The notes beneath the pieces are model-generated. The model was given only the letters and a program-made list of their open reading frames with translations, was not told the DNA's origin and did no database searches. A stretch of 64,000 bases of DNA from Balanoglossus misakiensis (Eukaryota; Animalia; Hemichordata). Of the stretch, positions 37,407-51,265 are shown in pieces. Position 1 is the first letter of the stretch. The number at the start of each line of letters is the position of its first letter. Both the position numbers and the translations under genes were made by a program. Where the stretch lies: contig CM082577.2 in NCBI GenBank assembly GCA_040954595.2, positions 3,656,205-3,720,204 of the forward strand. The letters run 5' to 3'.

Positions 37407-40400
37407 TCAAGAGTCTGCTTGAATGATAACAGCTCCCGTGTGTTTAAATCCCGGCGAGACCGCGTGAGCTCCCGTGGGTGTTATCCCCAGCGGAAGATGA
37501 GAGTCTCGTCCCGAGATGCTGTATGCGTAGAATTCCTCATCTTCGTCCTCAATTTCCTCGTTCTCTTCCTGCTCCGGAAGATTCCCTTCCCACTCTTGGT
37601 ACAAACGCCTGATGTATTTCTTGGACCTGACAAAGGAAAGCAGTAGGAAAAGGAGACGGATAATCAGTGGATTTGGAGTACGCACACCCCTGGAAGGATG
37701 AGACTAGCGAGCCAGACAAGGCAATGCATGTGGTGTGTTCCTTGTTAAGAATGCCTGATTCAAACTAAAAAGAGGGCGTTTCACAGGAAGAGGGATGTCA
37801 GCTGGGTGTAATTCAAACTGGTTGAGGAGAAACTACCAGTCAGAGAATGAGTTACCAGCTATTTCAATCTCTGTGTTCAACACACTGCAATGCACCATTG
37901 GTGTGGTTCACCACAAAAACCTGAACACAGTATAAATCTAAGGCCACCTCGACCACACATAATACTAGTTTAACAGTTTAAATCTCAAAAATTATAAGAA
38001 GTCTTTTCACCAAGAATTTAATTACCAGCAAAGCAAGTTAAAAACAGAAACTTCCAAGTGAGAAATCTACATCATCAAAGTAGCCCTACCTGCTAAGTAG
38101 ATAAGGATCAAACGGAAAGAAGGCTTGAAGTGGATTAACCACGGACAGTTTCAGTTCACTGCCATGTCCATGACTGACCACAGGTAAGACAGCTCGGCTG
38201 TTGTGTTCGATGATTGTGTAACAGTAGACTATCTGATACATTCTGCAAAGCAAATTGCAAAATGTCTTGTATGTAAGAAAGTGTTGAGTTTGAAAGCCCA
38301 GATGAAGAACTTATGATCAAATACAAATCCAGAGCTATCCAGAGTACATGTAGACACCAAAATTGTGTTTACCTTGTCACTGTTGCAAACATGTTGACCA
38401 CAGTGGGAAGACAGACTCTGAGAGGATTCAGTCTGCACATCACGATTCTGTCAAAATTCAGACTTCTGGCGTGACTCAGACCTTTCTCTGACTCCAATAG
38501 TTGCTTGTGTCTGAACACAAATACATAAAACACAGCCTGTTGGGGGAAATATATAGGAGATAAAGTGAGTCAGTGCTGCATTCCAATACACTATCTCCCA
38601 AAATGGTCATGCACCTATGACAACTGCAAACAGATAATCATTACACACAAGCACAGCATTGCATTCTGTATAATGCCAGCTGACAGCAGTACTCGAGATG
38701 GATTTTAAAGCAAAACTAACCTGGCAGACTGAGTAGAATGCACCATGAACAGTAACATCAGGATACGATCTACTGCTGCCATCCTGACCGTCAATGTACT
38801 TGTGTATCCACGGTATCAAAACATCAAATGTCGCTTTTACTGTCCTGAGAGGGAGATGAACGAGTTTGGAAATAAATCACTTGGTGTGAATATTCAGGTG
38901 GCCTTAAAACTAACAAATCAATATGGACGGAATAATGCATATGGATGGAATACTCACTGAATTTGAACAAATTTTGCCCGGGATACAAAACTGGAAATGT
39001 AACCTGCAGTTGCCTTTCGTATGATACAAGGTGTATTTGGATTCTGTATTTTTTTCAAAAGAAAGTCTAAGAAAGCATCTGCTATAGTCTGAAAAAAAAA
39101 GAGGTAGAGAAATTGGGAAAGGGTTTGATGTTTATGTAAATGTTACAAGGTTGTGAGGAAAACGTACAATTAAGATAGTGAACAGCAAAATACTGAAAAC
39201 ATTTCAGCATCTAATTCTTGTGACTTGACTAATCCATGGTTTTTCATAAAATGCACGTCTGTTTGTTTGTCTGTGCTAGATCTGTCTGCATGCAAGATGA
39301 TGGAAAGATACTGCAAAGAAGGCGATGGATCTCACAAAGAGAGATGTCAGCTGGGTGTAATTCAAACTGGTTGAGGAGAAACTACCAGTCAGAGAATGAG
39401 TTACCAGCTATTTCAATCTTTGTGTTCAACACACTGCAATGCACCATTGGTGTGGTACACCACAAAAACCTGAACACAGTACCAGTAGATGCACTGTTGT
39501 CTGCATGCACGTGTATATGCCAAAAATTTTGCTATTATTCTTTTATGCACTTAAGATACACATAACTAAAATTTGCAATACATGTACCTTCTAAAAGTCA
39601 TGGACGATGAAAGTAACATGAAAACTTGTCAATTGTACAGACCCAAAAATAGTGAGAACAGCGTCCAAAGTAATTCAATTACTAAAATTCATCTGCGAAA
39701 AGTATACAACTCTAAATACTATTCTTTACCTTACCTGATTAAAACTACACATATAAAACATAATATACTGCACATGACAAGAACCATGCGTGGGTAAGAT
39801 AATTCTCTCAAATATTCCTAGTAGTTGCCTCCAAAGCGGTTTTGCACACTCCATACTGAATTCACCTGGAGACACAAACACAAGATGGAAGCTGATATCG
39901 AAGTGTGCAAGCACAACACGGTTTCACAAAGAAATGCTGTAGGTAGTTCGTGAAATGATGGACTGAGGAATACATCAGGTGCTTTATAGCTGCTAATACT
40001 TGATACTGGCAACTACATAACTGCAACCCTTTGTTAGGTATATATGCCAGTGTTTCTTATGGGAAAGTAGTTCAAACTAAATGTTACGGCGTCAACAATT
40101 TCACAGCTAAACTGACGTTTTCATTGCAGACATGTCAGAAACCCCTTGCCCATGGTTGATTGATCTGCATTCCTCTGATGACTTACCTTGCGGGTGACAA
40201 ACATTGTAAATATACTGCAACACAGAAGATATGAGGACGTCCAATTTATCGGCCATTTCGTGACTCATTGGTCCTCCTTCATCTTCATCTTTGTTATCTT
40301 TTTCCATTGTCTCATCCTTAGAATTCTCCTCGCCATCAACGCCATCCATGTCAAACTGAATGTCCATGGATTCTTCCTCTTCACTATCATCATCTTCATC

Positions 40401-42254
40401 CTCTTCTGCTTCTAACTCGTGTTTTGGAGCATGCACCTAGAGAGTCAAACACACTTTCGTTCAATACTGTGACAACAACAAAAGTAATTTTCAGTTAAAC
40501 TTTTTTCTTGCATCAAATTCGTCTGCTTGAAAAGAATCAAACACAACTTACATCAATTTTTATCATCTTCTCAATGATTAGTTCCAGGATCTTGGATCTG
40601 AGACTTGGCAGGTACAAAGTGCATTCCAGCAAATTATTTACGTAGCATTTCTGTGAGGGAAAAAGAAAAACAAAGACACATTTCAATTTAAGAACAGTCT
40701 GACAGGACTTTCACACAAATTTCTCAACACATTATTAAAAGTGAAAAAAAATTGTATAACTGAGAGACCAGCCTACCTGTATATGTGTCTCCTTCTTCAT
40801 GTACGGGAAACATTCTGATAAAGTCGGCAGTAGTATTGTTGCAGTCCTGAAATTCAAGCAATTAATATTTCAATATTACTAGATTCCCAAATCATTCTGA
40901 ACACTTCATGGCCATTTGGCTTTGGAAGGATCAACATTGAGCTTGTCCCAACTACCAAGAGTGAATTTTTTGCTAAGACTTACATTGGTGCAATCTGGAG
41001 CAGTGCCTTCAGTGTGGAGTGGGTGTGTCCAAAGATTCTGTTTTCGTCTTCAGTCAAGACTTCCTGTGGTTGATCAGCATTAGCCCATATTTCTATTCAA
41101 AGAAATCAGAGTCAAAGTGTTCTCAGCATAGCAGTAACATGCTTTCCAGCAACATTGTTTTACCAGGCTTCAGAAATAATGAAGTAAGTGTAGGGAAAAC
41201 GATACTTACTTGGCATGAAGTGCTTGACTAACATTCTGATGACAGCTCTCAAGTAAAACGTTTGTGCAGACACAAGGTGTATAACAAAGGCCTGGTATTC
41301 CTCCACTACTGCCTTGTCATGGTTCAGCCAATCTATCTTCTGTAAAATGAAAGAAATTCATTTTGTGAGAAAAGTGAAGAAAACACTACCACTGGTTGAG
41401 ATTCCATAATCCAATTAATTTATTTGGCAGGATACAACCTAATTGCATAAAATTAATGGTCAAGTTCTACAGGAAACTCAGTGAGTTCAGATTCCAGTAA
41501 ACACCTAACCACACGTACCATAAGATGGAGTTCACTTACCAAAATTACAGCCACAAGACTTTCAAATTCCCTTGTTAGAGAGGACACACAACCCCTCAGC
41601 TCATGAAGCCAGCACAGCAGTGAAGGTGACTGAAATAGAGAAGTTTGCTTGTCAAGCTTGGTACTAGTAATAGTGTGAGTGGGTCTACCAAAAGCAGTAT
41701 TGGCACGATACCCTCAGCCTGCTAAGATGATGTACATACATGTATAACAGAAATCATCTTGAAGTCAATTAAAAAATCTTATCCTCTGCTGATTAGATGG
41801 CAGATTATATTAATTATCACATTATACATACCGAAATATCATGATCAGATAGTTGATGAAGTAGAAGATCGTAATCCTTATGTAAACCCTGTGAAAAATG
41901 GAGTAAATGGGAATAAATTATTGCTGCAAGAATACCGCAATAGAACCTCGTACTCCAAGTGCCTGAGATCATATATCCCACACAAGTTGGAAATCTTGTC
42001 TCACAACAGCCTGCACGTATTTGACCACACTGTCGATCCCACGCTTTCAGTGGTTCCAGATGCACTGTTTGTCATAAATGTTATGTATAAAAAATACTGA
42101 TGTTGTCCACAACAGTTGCCATGGTGTTTTAACATTACTCGCCATATCCAAACAAAGTATACAATACCTCTCTATATTTCTTTAGGATGCTTGGAATCTG
42201 TCCACCGAACCGGACAACTTTTTTAGGACTTTGTTCTGGTTCCAGTATTTCCAT
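37407..42254 (-). CDS. RRN3: RNA polymerase I transcription initiation factor RRN3/TIF-IA, multi-exon
   Basis: KKVVRFGG, ECFPYMKK, MADKLDVL, ILPTHGSCHVQYI, YIASFVSRAKFVQ, HGAFYSVCQAVFYVFVFRH, LNPLRVCLP and LQAFFPFDPYL. Confidence 0.93.
37794..37932 (-). ncRNA. Candidate box H/ACA snoRNA, copy 1 (last RRN3 intron)
   Basis: On the sense strand of RRN3: hairpin CTGTGTTCA...TGAACACAG, a hinge, hairpin AGCTGG...CCAGCT with inner ACTGGT/ACCAGT, then ACA. 137/139 identical to 39343-39481. The H box is non-canonical (AGATTG). Confidence 0.65.
39343..39481 (-). ncRNA. Candidate box H/ACA snoRNA, copy 2 (RRN3 intron)
   Basis: Near-identical duplicate of 37794-37932, with flanks that diverge quickly. 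Same two-hairpin plus ACA architecture. Confidence 0.65.
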
Positions 42255-42997
42255 TTCTGGAGGAAGACAATGAAGATCAGTGTCAAAAACTAATCTATCT
42301 GAGAGTCGAATGTAGGACCATGCATATACGACAGACATGATGAACTTGAAAGCACTGTCGGGGTTTTACTAATACCGTCGACGCAACTAATGCTTCATCA
42401 GTTCTGCAGCCTAGTGCAGGCAATGCACATTGCGCAACCACGTGCAACATTACGATTTGTAAACACCATTCCTACTTGGTCTTCCAGTAGTCACTGTACT
42501 CACCGAATACTGCGAATTTTAGTTAAAAAAAAGTGTCCTTGTCACCGTCTTTACGTTTCAGATATCAAAGTCATGACCAAACGAGGGAAAGGCGAGTCAT
42601 TCGAGAATTCCAGACTTTCGTTTCGTTTACTTGCACCTCAGTTGCAGGTCCACGGCAGCCATTACTTCCCTAGATTCAGCCTAATTCGAAACCAGTATGG
42701 TTATTCGGATTTTTAAAATAAAAAATGGGGGAAAATGGATTTTGATAATACGTTATAATTACATATTGTTGTAAATATTACAAAATAAACTAAAAATTAG
42801 CATGTTTGATTGGCATAAAGTGTAATATTGTTTGGAAATCGTAGGCTAATATATGAGCTAAAAATACTACACTGTTTCTTGCTTGGCTAGCTTCAGCCTC
42901 ACTTTGGGTCTGGGTCATGTGGGGTCACAGAGACAGAAGCGGGTGTTTCAAAACCATCGCTCTCTCGATCGAGTGATCGTGTACTGAACTAAACAAG

Positions 42998-45017
42998 ATG
43001 TCAAATACGTTGAAAGCCTACGAGAAAGTACCGACTGTCAGTTCGGCGACTGTACTGGTAAGAATGTAGGAATCGCATAATTGTACCCCCAATTCGAATG
43101 GTTTGTCAACAAATACACACAGTACTTGAAATTAGTACAATTGTTTATTTACATGTACATACCCATACTTTATTTCTCCAGTTGGTTGGTGCAGATGGAA
43201 CAGGGAAACACAAACTGGCCCAGGCCTTGGTGGACATCTGTATAAATTTTACCCTCCAAGTGTAAGTTGAAAAAAGGCTTACAATGGCCTGAAAAGGTCA
43301 TCCTGAGAGAGACTAGAGAGAGACAGAAATTCATGAAAAGATCAGCTGGTTATTTGTCGTTATTTCATGTTTCTTCAATGTTTGTTGTACAATTAATTGT
43401 ATCAAGAGATTGTGTGAATGTTTCTGTGCATACACACCACTATCCACTCTGCTTGTTCTCCACTAACTTTTGTGGGTTTATTTTGTTACCATTGACCTAT
43501 CAAGGAGAATAGCTAACAGCCTACCACTGCCACCAGAAAATGCTGAAAGCAGACCAGGAATAGACTTCGTGGTGTTTATCACAGATCTAGCCAACAGATA
43601 CAGGTAAATATTCACATCAGCCGTGTTTCATCTGGGCTGTGGGATTGCATGATTAATAGTGTGCATGCGACTTGCAAGTATAAAGAAAGCAAAATACTGG
43701 GAGATATAAACACCCTTTTCATAAGTCTAGCGCCCTCATACATCCATCATGAATTTGAACTCAAAGCGAGGCCAATGGGGAAAGTTGACCAATCACATCA
43801 AGACTTATGAAAAGGGCAAAGCTATGTTGTGGTCAACAATAACTATTCTCACTTTCATCTTTGCAGTTTCACTGTAATTGAATCTTCTGTTAACTACCTG
43901 GATGTGGACTATTTCCTTGGGAAAGCGTGTTTTGTGGTGAAACAGGCCAGTAGACCTGATTTGCAACATGTTGACATGACTGCAGTGACTGGTCTGTGTG
44001 ATGCCTACGACTCCCCAATGATATGTGGCAATACAGAGGTCAGTTCTTGGGGGGTACATTCTTTGCGTGTACAACACAGAGTACAACTACACGAGACTGA
44101 ATCCATCATCTTTGTCGTTTGTTTTTCCGCCTTACATGAAAACAGTACATATACAATTAAATACAACAATAAAAAGTTTGCTTTATTGATAAGGAAAATT
44201 ATACAGAGTTGTCTAAATAGGAACAAACATGTAAAAAACTTTATCAAGGTATTTGAGAAATTGTGCAAAATGCCCTTCCATATTTTCAGTAGTCTATTCA
44301 TGAACAACAGCAATCATTGGTGGACTGAAACTTCAGTCCTATTTTTGTAAGGCTATAAAATTATGAAGTGATCTGAATGAAATATCTGCAAGAGGTGGAC
44401 ACAGACCTGCCTCTCATGGACTGAACACTACAGACTACAGAAGAAACTACTTATAAAAGTAGAACCAGTACTGACCTTAATTTCAAAAACTTATGTATTA
44501 CCCTGTTTTTTTTAAAGTATTTCTGTGAGGTACACAGTTATCAGTGACTGAGCACAAGTCGACAAAACGAATTCTGTACATACATGTACATACATAGAGA
44601 AGTTACCCGCTTATTAGTTGTCATTTTTGTAAAACTATACAGAGGTAGTAACAAATACAGAATAGAAAAAGTGCAGAAAAATGTTGACAAAATAGATCAT
44701 GTACAGAAAATACATGGAGAAAATTACCTGTGTGATCTAGTTATCATTGTTCTTTAATCTAGATATTACACCTCATCGTACCTTCACAGAAATAAATATA
44801 TCTTGTAACGGTATTTAATTTTCTAAATCTTGCCAACTGTTTTCTGATCAGTTACACATAATTCTGCTGTTTCTGATTTTTTTTACAGACAGAAGATGAC
44901 TGTCGCTGCCTGGCAAGAAAGCTGTTGACAATGACAGAAATAGCTGCTGGTTTCAAACCAGGTGTAACTTCAATGTTGGTAGCTTCCACAAAACGTACAT
45001 TTGCGTTTGAAAAATGA
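42998..45017 (+). CDS. CENPM: Centromere protein M, 5 exons
   Basis: MSNTLKAYEKVPTVSSATVLLVG, IANSLPLP...RPGIDFVVF, DVDYFLGKACFV, AYDSPMICG and IAAGFKPGVTS match CENP-M. Confidence 0.88.
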
Positions 45018-45993
45018 TTTTAAAGAGAGTGGCATTAATTTAACAAAGTGTAACCATAGACTGTAATACCGTCTATGGTGTAACTGTATGGTGTAACAAG
45101 CCTTTCTTGTCCAACCGACATCTTGTAAAGAGTCAGCAAAATCCACCGATTTGCTAATATATCTAAGATATATCTAAGTGAAGTGAATGCCCTATTGTAC
45201 ATCTGTACATTTTGCCATTGTATGTGCATGAAACCACTGCCACAGATATTCAGATGAACAGCATTTTGTCGATAAAAGACTTTCATATGTGTATTTTCTC
45301 AGCTGTTCTTACCATGTACAGTTATCAAGTGTTTTAAATATTTGTGTTAATACACCTAGAGATTGCAAATTGTGCCTAAAATTCAAAATAATGCGGATAA
45401 AAATGACCTGACCACATATACAAAAGAAAATGATGTAAATCTGTGATAAAAGCCCCCGATAGCAGATGCCATAAAACACTGAAAACTATACAATCAGGTG
45501 TGTTATTTACATTAATTTTTCTGTATTTTACATTGCTTCATTAAAATATTAACTTATGAAAAAAGCAGCATATCTGTTCTGTTGATGTAACTATATAATG
45601 CACCCACAACACAATGTAAAACAGACAATATATTAAATCTAGGATGAAGGAGAGTGGTCCCCTGCCACGAGGGCACATAGGTCCATATTCACCTGGAATA
45701 TTTTTTCTTACATGCCACTCAATCCATTGAGTAACGTTATATTGACAGGTTTTGTAATTGTCTACATATCTTGCCTCAAAAAGTTTGAAAAAGGACAAAT
45801 TGGATTGAGTAAATATCACATTGTATAAATACAAGAACTCTAAAATGAAATGGAAAATGTCTAACTACACAGTGATAAATGGCTAAGTTTGATTTGGCAG
45901 TGTGAGTGAAATTGATTCAGAAAGACATTCCAGGTTGGGTGAAGATGCAATGGTCCTTCACAAGTCCCAATAATACTTGGGGAAATACTTGGC

Positions 45994-48900
45994 TTATGGA
46001 AGTGGACTCCTGTCTGGGGGTACATTCCTGCCAGAGAGAGAGAAATACAAAATATGTCTATGAAAATAGCACCCCACTTCCCAACATTAAAGCCATGTGT
46101 AATAAATACGAAATAAATAAATAACATTGATCATCTAAATTCTAAAAGTTGTAACTTACAATATTCTTGCCCTGTGTGAACTGATGGTCTGTGGCGAGTA
46201 GTATTTATCCAACAGCTCTGCGTCACTCAAATGACTTTGCTTCGCAAGGAATTCTTCAAATGTGATGTCGGGATGATCGCACTGCAACACGAAAAAATCA
46301 CTTGCGTCAGATTTGATTTAATTTCACTTAAACATAGAACCTCTTCCACTTTTTAGCAAGTTCCCCTTGTTATTTGAATCAAGACTAAGTACACGTGTCA
46401 TCGAAATCGGGGAAATCTAACTTTACCTTCTTGATTGCATCAGCAACCATATGAATGAAGAATATCGTCAGAGTCTCATGGTATCCATGTACAACCTACG
46501 GGACAAAAGCAAAATAATAAGGACAGTTACATGGTATCTGGGGAAATGCCACCCACGGGCGGTAAATGTTTGACACTCCCATTGACAATTTAATGTGTAA
46601 TAGCTTGTTTTGGATAACTGCCAAAAGTTATTATTGTAATGCAGAGGAGAGTGACCATGAAATATATAAATTCTCTGTGAAGTATGCTGGTTTCCATAAC
46701 AAACATGACTTTGTGGGTTTCCATAAAGAGTCATTACAAACTCCCACAAACATAATAAGCTTATTATAATATACCACAAAGTATGCACTCAAAACATAGC
46801 ACCACATGCACATACCCCCTTTGTCAGGCGATACTCTGTGATAAGATTTTCATGCAGACTTTGCAGTGTTTTTGTTATAATTTCCAAAGGATAATTAAAT
46901 TTATAATTAATTACCTTTTCTACATTTTGCTTATTGTACTTTTTGATACCATACCTGGAAAAAGAGGAAATGAAAAAGACTTGTATTGATAAAAGTTCCT
47001 CTTACAGACCACATACTTTGAATTTTGGCAAATCATTTACTACAACCATTACTGTTTCTATGCTTAAAATGACCGCATAGTTTACATACTTATTCAGACT
47101 TATGTTGTGGACTTGTTTGTTTTGAATCACTACTACCGGTACTGTAAAATTGACCCATGACTTCCGTGGCACACAATCACGTACATTTCATCATTTCTTT
47201 TATTTGCAAATTTAAATAAATACACACATACATACGAGGCAGTCTGGGGCATTGATTAATAGAGTTGGACCCGATCTCTTCGAGTTTATATTGCGTGATT
47301 TGACAAAATACTTATTGTAAAAGAGGGATCAGTCGGAACAGCAAAGTTTTTAGTATGTTTAGAGGATTACTTTGGGAATGTTGTGATTTGTGCCAATGCT
47401 ACCACCTATCACAGTTTATTCAAATACAATTACATATCTTCAGGGGTGACATTGAGCTCATTCTACCATTAGAGGCTATACAAGCCCACACAGTGTTATT
47501 GCTCCAGCTATTTCGATATGTACTTTATTCCACTAAACTGATCATATGGATATTTTGGAACGATCAATACCAAGATCGAATTGGTCAGGATAGAAAAATT
47601 GGACGGTGTGTTCACTCTTTGTAATTAAAGTATCTTTGTTTTTATAAATAAGTATCTTGAGTTTTATAAATAAATATCTCGATACATTTATAAATAAATA
47701 AATAAATATCTTGATATTCTTTTGACAAAACATGCATTTGGTCATTAAGATTACGTTATCAAGTTTGCCATCATCACAATTACAATAAAATTAAGACAAA
47801 AACATTCACACACCACTTAAAATGTAAAAAGGAAATCCTGGATTTCCCAATTGTGGAGCATAAATAATACATCCATTTCAAATAAGTTTTTTAAACATGT
47901 AAATACTTTTTACATTTAAGCACAGCGACAAGTTTTAGATGGTATTCATGTAACTTTACCAAAACTAAAAACATCACATTTTTGGTAAGTTTTTATATAT
48001 GTGGCAACTATAGATTCTATAGTGCATAAATAATATATCCGTTTTAAATATTAAGTTTTCTTTGATATTAAGTTTATAAAAACAAGCGTTAGTTTTGTAT
48101 CCTCAAGCAATGTCAAACAGCAAGACATTTTTGTTGGTATTCATTCTTTCACATCCCCTTCTTGGCCATGCACGTGGCACTGTGAGTTTCTGTGAAGGTA
48201 AGCTCAGCTTTACACGAGGGAGCTTGGCCATGTTGGCTAACTCCTTTGGCTCAGTCACTGAGAGCACACTATACACAATAATTCAAAAATAATCCTTTGA
48301 CACTGCATTGTAAATGACACCGCCACGCAGGACGTAAAATAAGCTGAGAACACTGCAGCAGCACACCAAAGCCAGTGAGGGATGTGAAAGAGCTCTCATT
48401 GTTGTTACGGATAGTAGAGTAGAAATTCACTTTATCAGAGGAGTTGCTTTCTCTCTGCCATGCTCCCGGATGTAGTTCCAGGCCATGCGCAGGTGGGCCG
48501 CGTGGGTCCAGTCTTCAAACAGCAAGGTGGTGTCTTCAAATGCCTTCATGAACACTTCATCTCCAACTGACCTATACGAACTGTTGGGGGCAAAAATTAG
48601 ATTACAGCATGAAGGAAACAGAATGTATCAGGGTCTACCCAGTTGGGAGGAGAGCGGATGATGAAAAACATGCACATAGCAACAAAGTTTCTTCACTGAC
48701 GGGGGGAAGGGGGGTTAAAGTCAAAACTGCATCTCACTTAAGTGAACATAAGTGAACAGGTTTCTGGTTTTGTCAAGTTTCAATTTACACAAGTTCCCCA
48801 TTACTGGATCAATTTAACTACATGCAAAAATAAAAGGTGTGCAGTAGGTCTACTTGTAACACAACCACAATTATCCCATGTTTAATTAGCAACACCGCAG

Positions 48901-51265
48901 AATTTCATGAGAATATGAACTCTTCTAAAATGTTAGTTCTGCCTTTATCGCCACATAATGAAAGGAGTTATTGAGTTACTGTACACCTACCTGGCAAAAT
49001 ACAATAGCGGCTCATCTCGGAGTTCTGTTGTTTTCAACACCTCACCATACAATACATGGTGATCGCCTATTGTGTGTACGTCGTGAAGCTGACATTCAAG
49101 TACTCCAGCCACTTCATCTAAAATTGGTGATCCCTTTAAAAAAAAATCAACAGTTTTGAGCATGCAGCAAATATGTGGTAGCATTTCTGCAACCAAATGC
49201 TTCTTACATGGCGGCACTAGTAATATACTAAGGAGAACTCAGGCGGAATGAATTGGGAAGTACAGTAATATTTAGTGGGGTACAATCCCAACAAAATACA
49301 AACTCACCTGACTTCCTACTTCGTAAGGTATCGACTGTAACTGATCTTTGCTTTCCTCGGCCGGTTTGGCAAATCTCGACGCATAGTGTGCCTGAATGTT
49401 AAAAACAGAACAGTTCAACAAAGTTTTACCCACAGCTACTTAAACAAGGCATATTCCTGAGGAGGACTACCCTAAGTTGGTGTTACTAGACTGTATTTAC
49501 CGTGTACGTGGTCTGATGATCCATGGCCAAATTTTCTGTTCAGAACTTATGAACTTAGTACAATTAGACACACATTACTGTCGGATATCTCAAAATGTAA
49601 AAACATAATTGATATGTCTTACCTGGTCTTTTGACAAGACGTTGACAGCGAAATATTTGGTCTTAAGGAGCAAATCGTGCATATGACTGAAAGTGGAACA
49701 AAGTATCACCATTAGAATGTTTCACCTTTTCAATCAAGTAAAAGCTATCTCTCAGTCTGTATGTTTGTCTCTCTCTCTCTGTTCCTCTCTCACCCTGTCT
49801 AACTGTCTCTCTCTCTGTCTCACTCTCTCAAACTCTTTCTAAACTTTCAAACTCAATCCCTCACTCTCAAACTCAAACTCCAAACCTCTCTCTCTTTAAA
49901 GTTAAACTGCCAAAAAACTAAATAGCAAAGAGACCCCTCCTCAAATCACTCACACTGTGGAAATGGTGGCTGAAATGAAACTGCCGAAACTTATAAACAA
50001 ATAACAGAGACAGAATTTGCTTACCTTGGGTGTTGTATACAGAAGGAAATTATTGGCGGTCTGATTGATACACTGGTGAAGGAACCACATGTCATTCCTC
50101 TCATGATATGATCACTGGCTGTGGTTACTACAACCACTATAAAATACAAAAAGAAAAGTGTTGGATGGAGAAACTATGCGTCTGAGAATCAAAATGTGAG
50201 GATGCCAACCCGATTAATATGAAACACTACCTGGAGATGGTACTCTACGCATGACGTTCCTAAAACTTCTCTGCAGGACGGACTCATCTGGCTCTTTTCT
50301 GATTTCAACATCTTGAGGTCTCGGTTGTAGTTGTGGTGGAGCTGAAGGAAAACAGAAGACAAAAATGTAACAGGATGGTAAATTGAATAAGTTAATATTT
50401 GTACCTTATCTGCTGAAATCTATTAAATTTATTATGACACAATTATATCCCATAGACTTGGGAAAATTGTTACGTGTTTCATCATGACAGTGGAGGAAAG
50501 ATAATAATCCAGTAACAGTACACAATTTTAATTGTGGTTTACACAATTTTTTTTGTAGTTCATTGATTGGTAGCAAAAACAAAAATATACATTTAAGATC
50601 AGGTGAAGCGAGCCAATAAAAAATATGACTTCCAGGCCTGTAGAAGTGTAGTACTCTTGTTTGAAAAAAACTGTCATTCCTGTTTACTGGTAAATTACAA
50701 GTCAAATTCAAATTCCTTGGTAACGGGTTCTATTTATTCCTTTATATGGTCTTATGGAAAAACACGTATACATGAACTCAGCCACTTATAATACGTGAGT
50801 GACGCCTTCACTAACTACGTCATCACTGAGTGGGCCTCACCCGTTTCCCAGGCCAGATCCTCTTTCCCTGTTCCTGCACGTCACGGCGCGCACGTAACTG
50901 CGGAGGACTGTATTGCGCAATGGAATTCAATCACAATGACATTCAATGTAATTTCCATGTTTTTTTACTACTCAGTAAATGCTCTGTTCCAAGTGCTGAA
51001 ATAAGACAACTCCACGCGTCAAGGTTGGGTGAAGGTGACCGTGGTGTCACTGCACTTTCAAGGACACTCGCGAGCCAAGGTCGCGCGAAAGCTTGTAAAA
51101 TCCACTAATTACTCACACCTGATCCGTACTTGGACGTATGTAGACATGATAATCGAGATAAATTATGGCACCCTTACCTGAGGAACAAAACCTGCAGTTT
51201 TTACTCGTGAATTTCACAGTCCGACAGAGAGCTAAAATGCGTAACGTTCGTCTGCTTGCTGCCAT
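45994..51265 (-). CDS. Flavin reductase-like (Flavin_Reduct, HpaC/RutF-type) protein fused to an uncharacterised C-terminal helical domain; predicted mitochondrial presequence; about 11 exons
   Basis: Spliced translation: MAASRRTLRILALCRTVKF..., FRNVMRRVPSPVVVVTT, RGMTCGSFTSVSIRPPIISFCI, FAVNVLSKDQ, LECQLHDVHTIGDHHVLYGEV, PLLYFASSYRSV. It continues FMKAFEDTTLLFEDWTHAAHLRMAWNY, GYHETLTIFF, YYSPQTISSHRAR and VPPDRSPLP*. Confidence 0.85.
49769..49895. repeat. CT-rich low-complexity / microsatellite tract
   Basis: (CT)n runs interspersed with CAAACT repeats, inside an intron. Confidence 0.7.
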
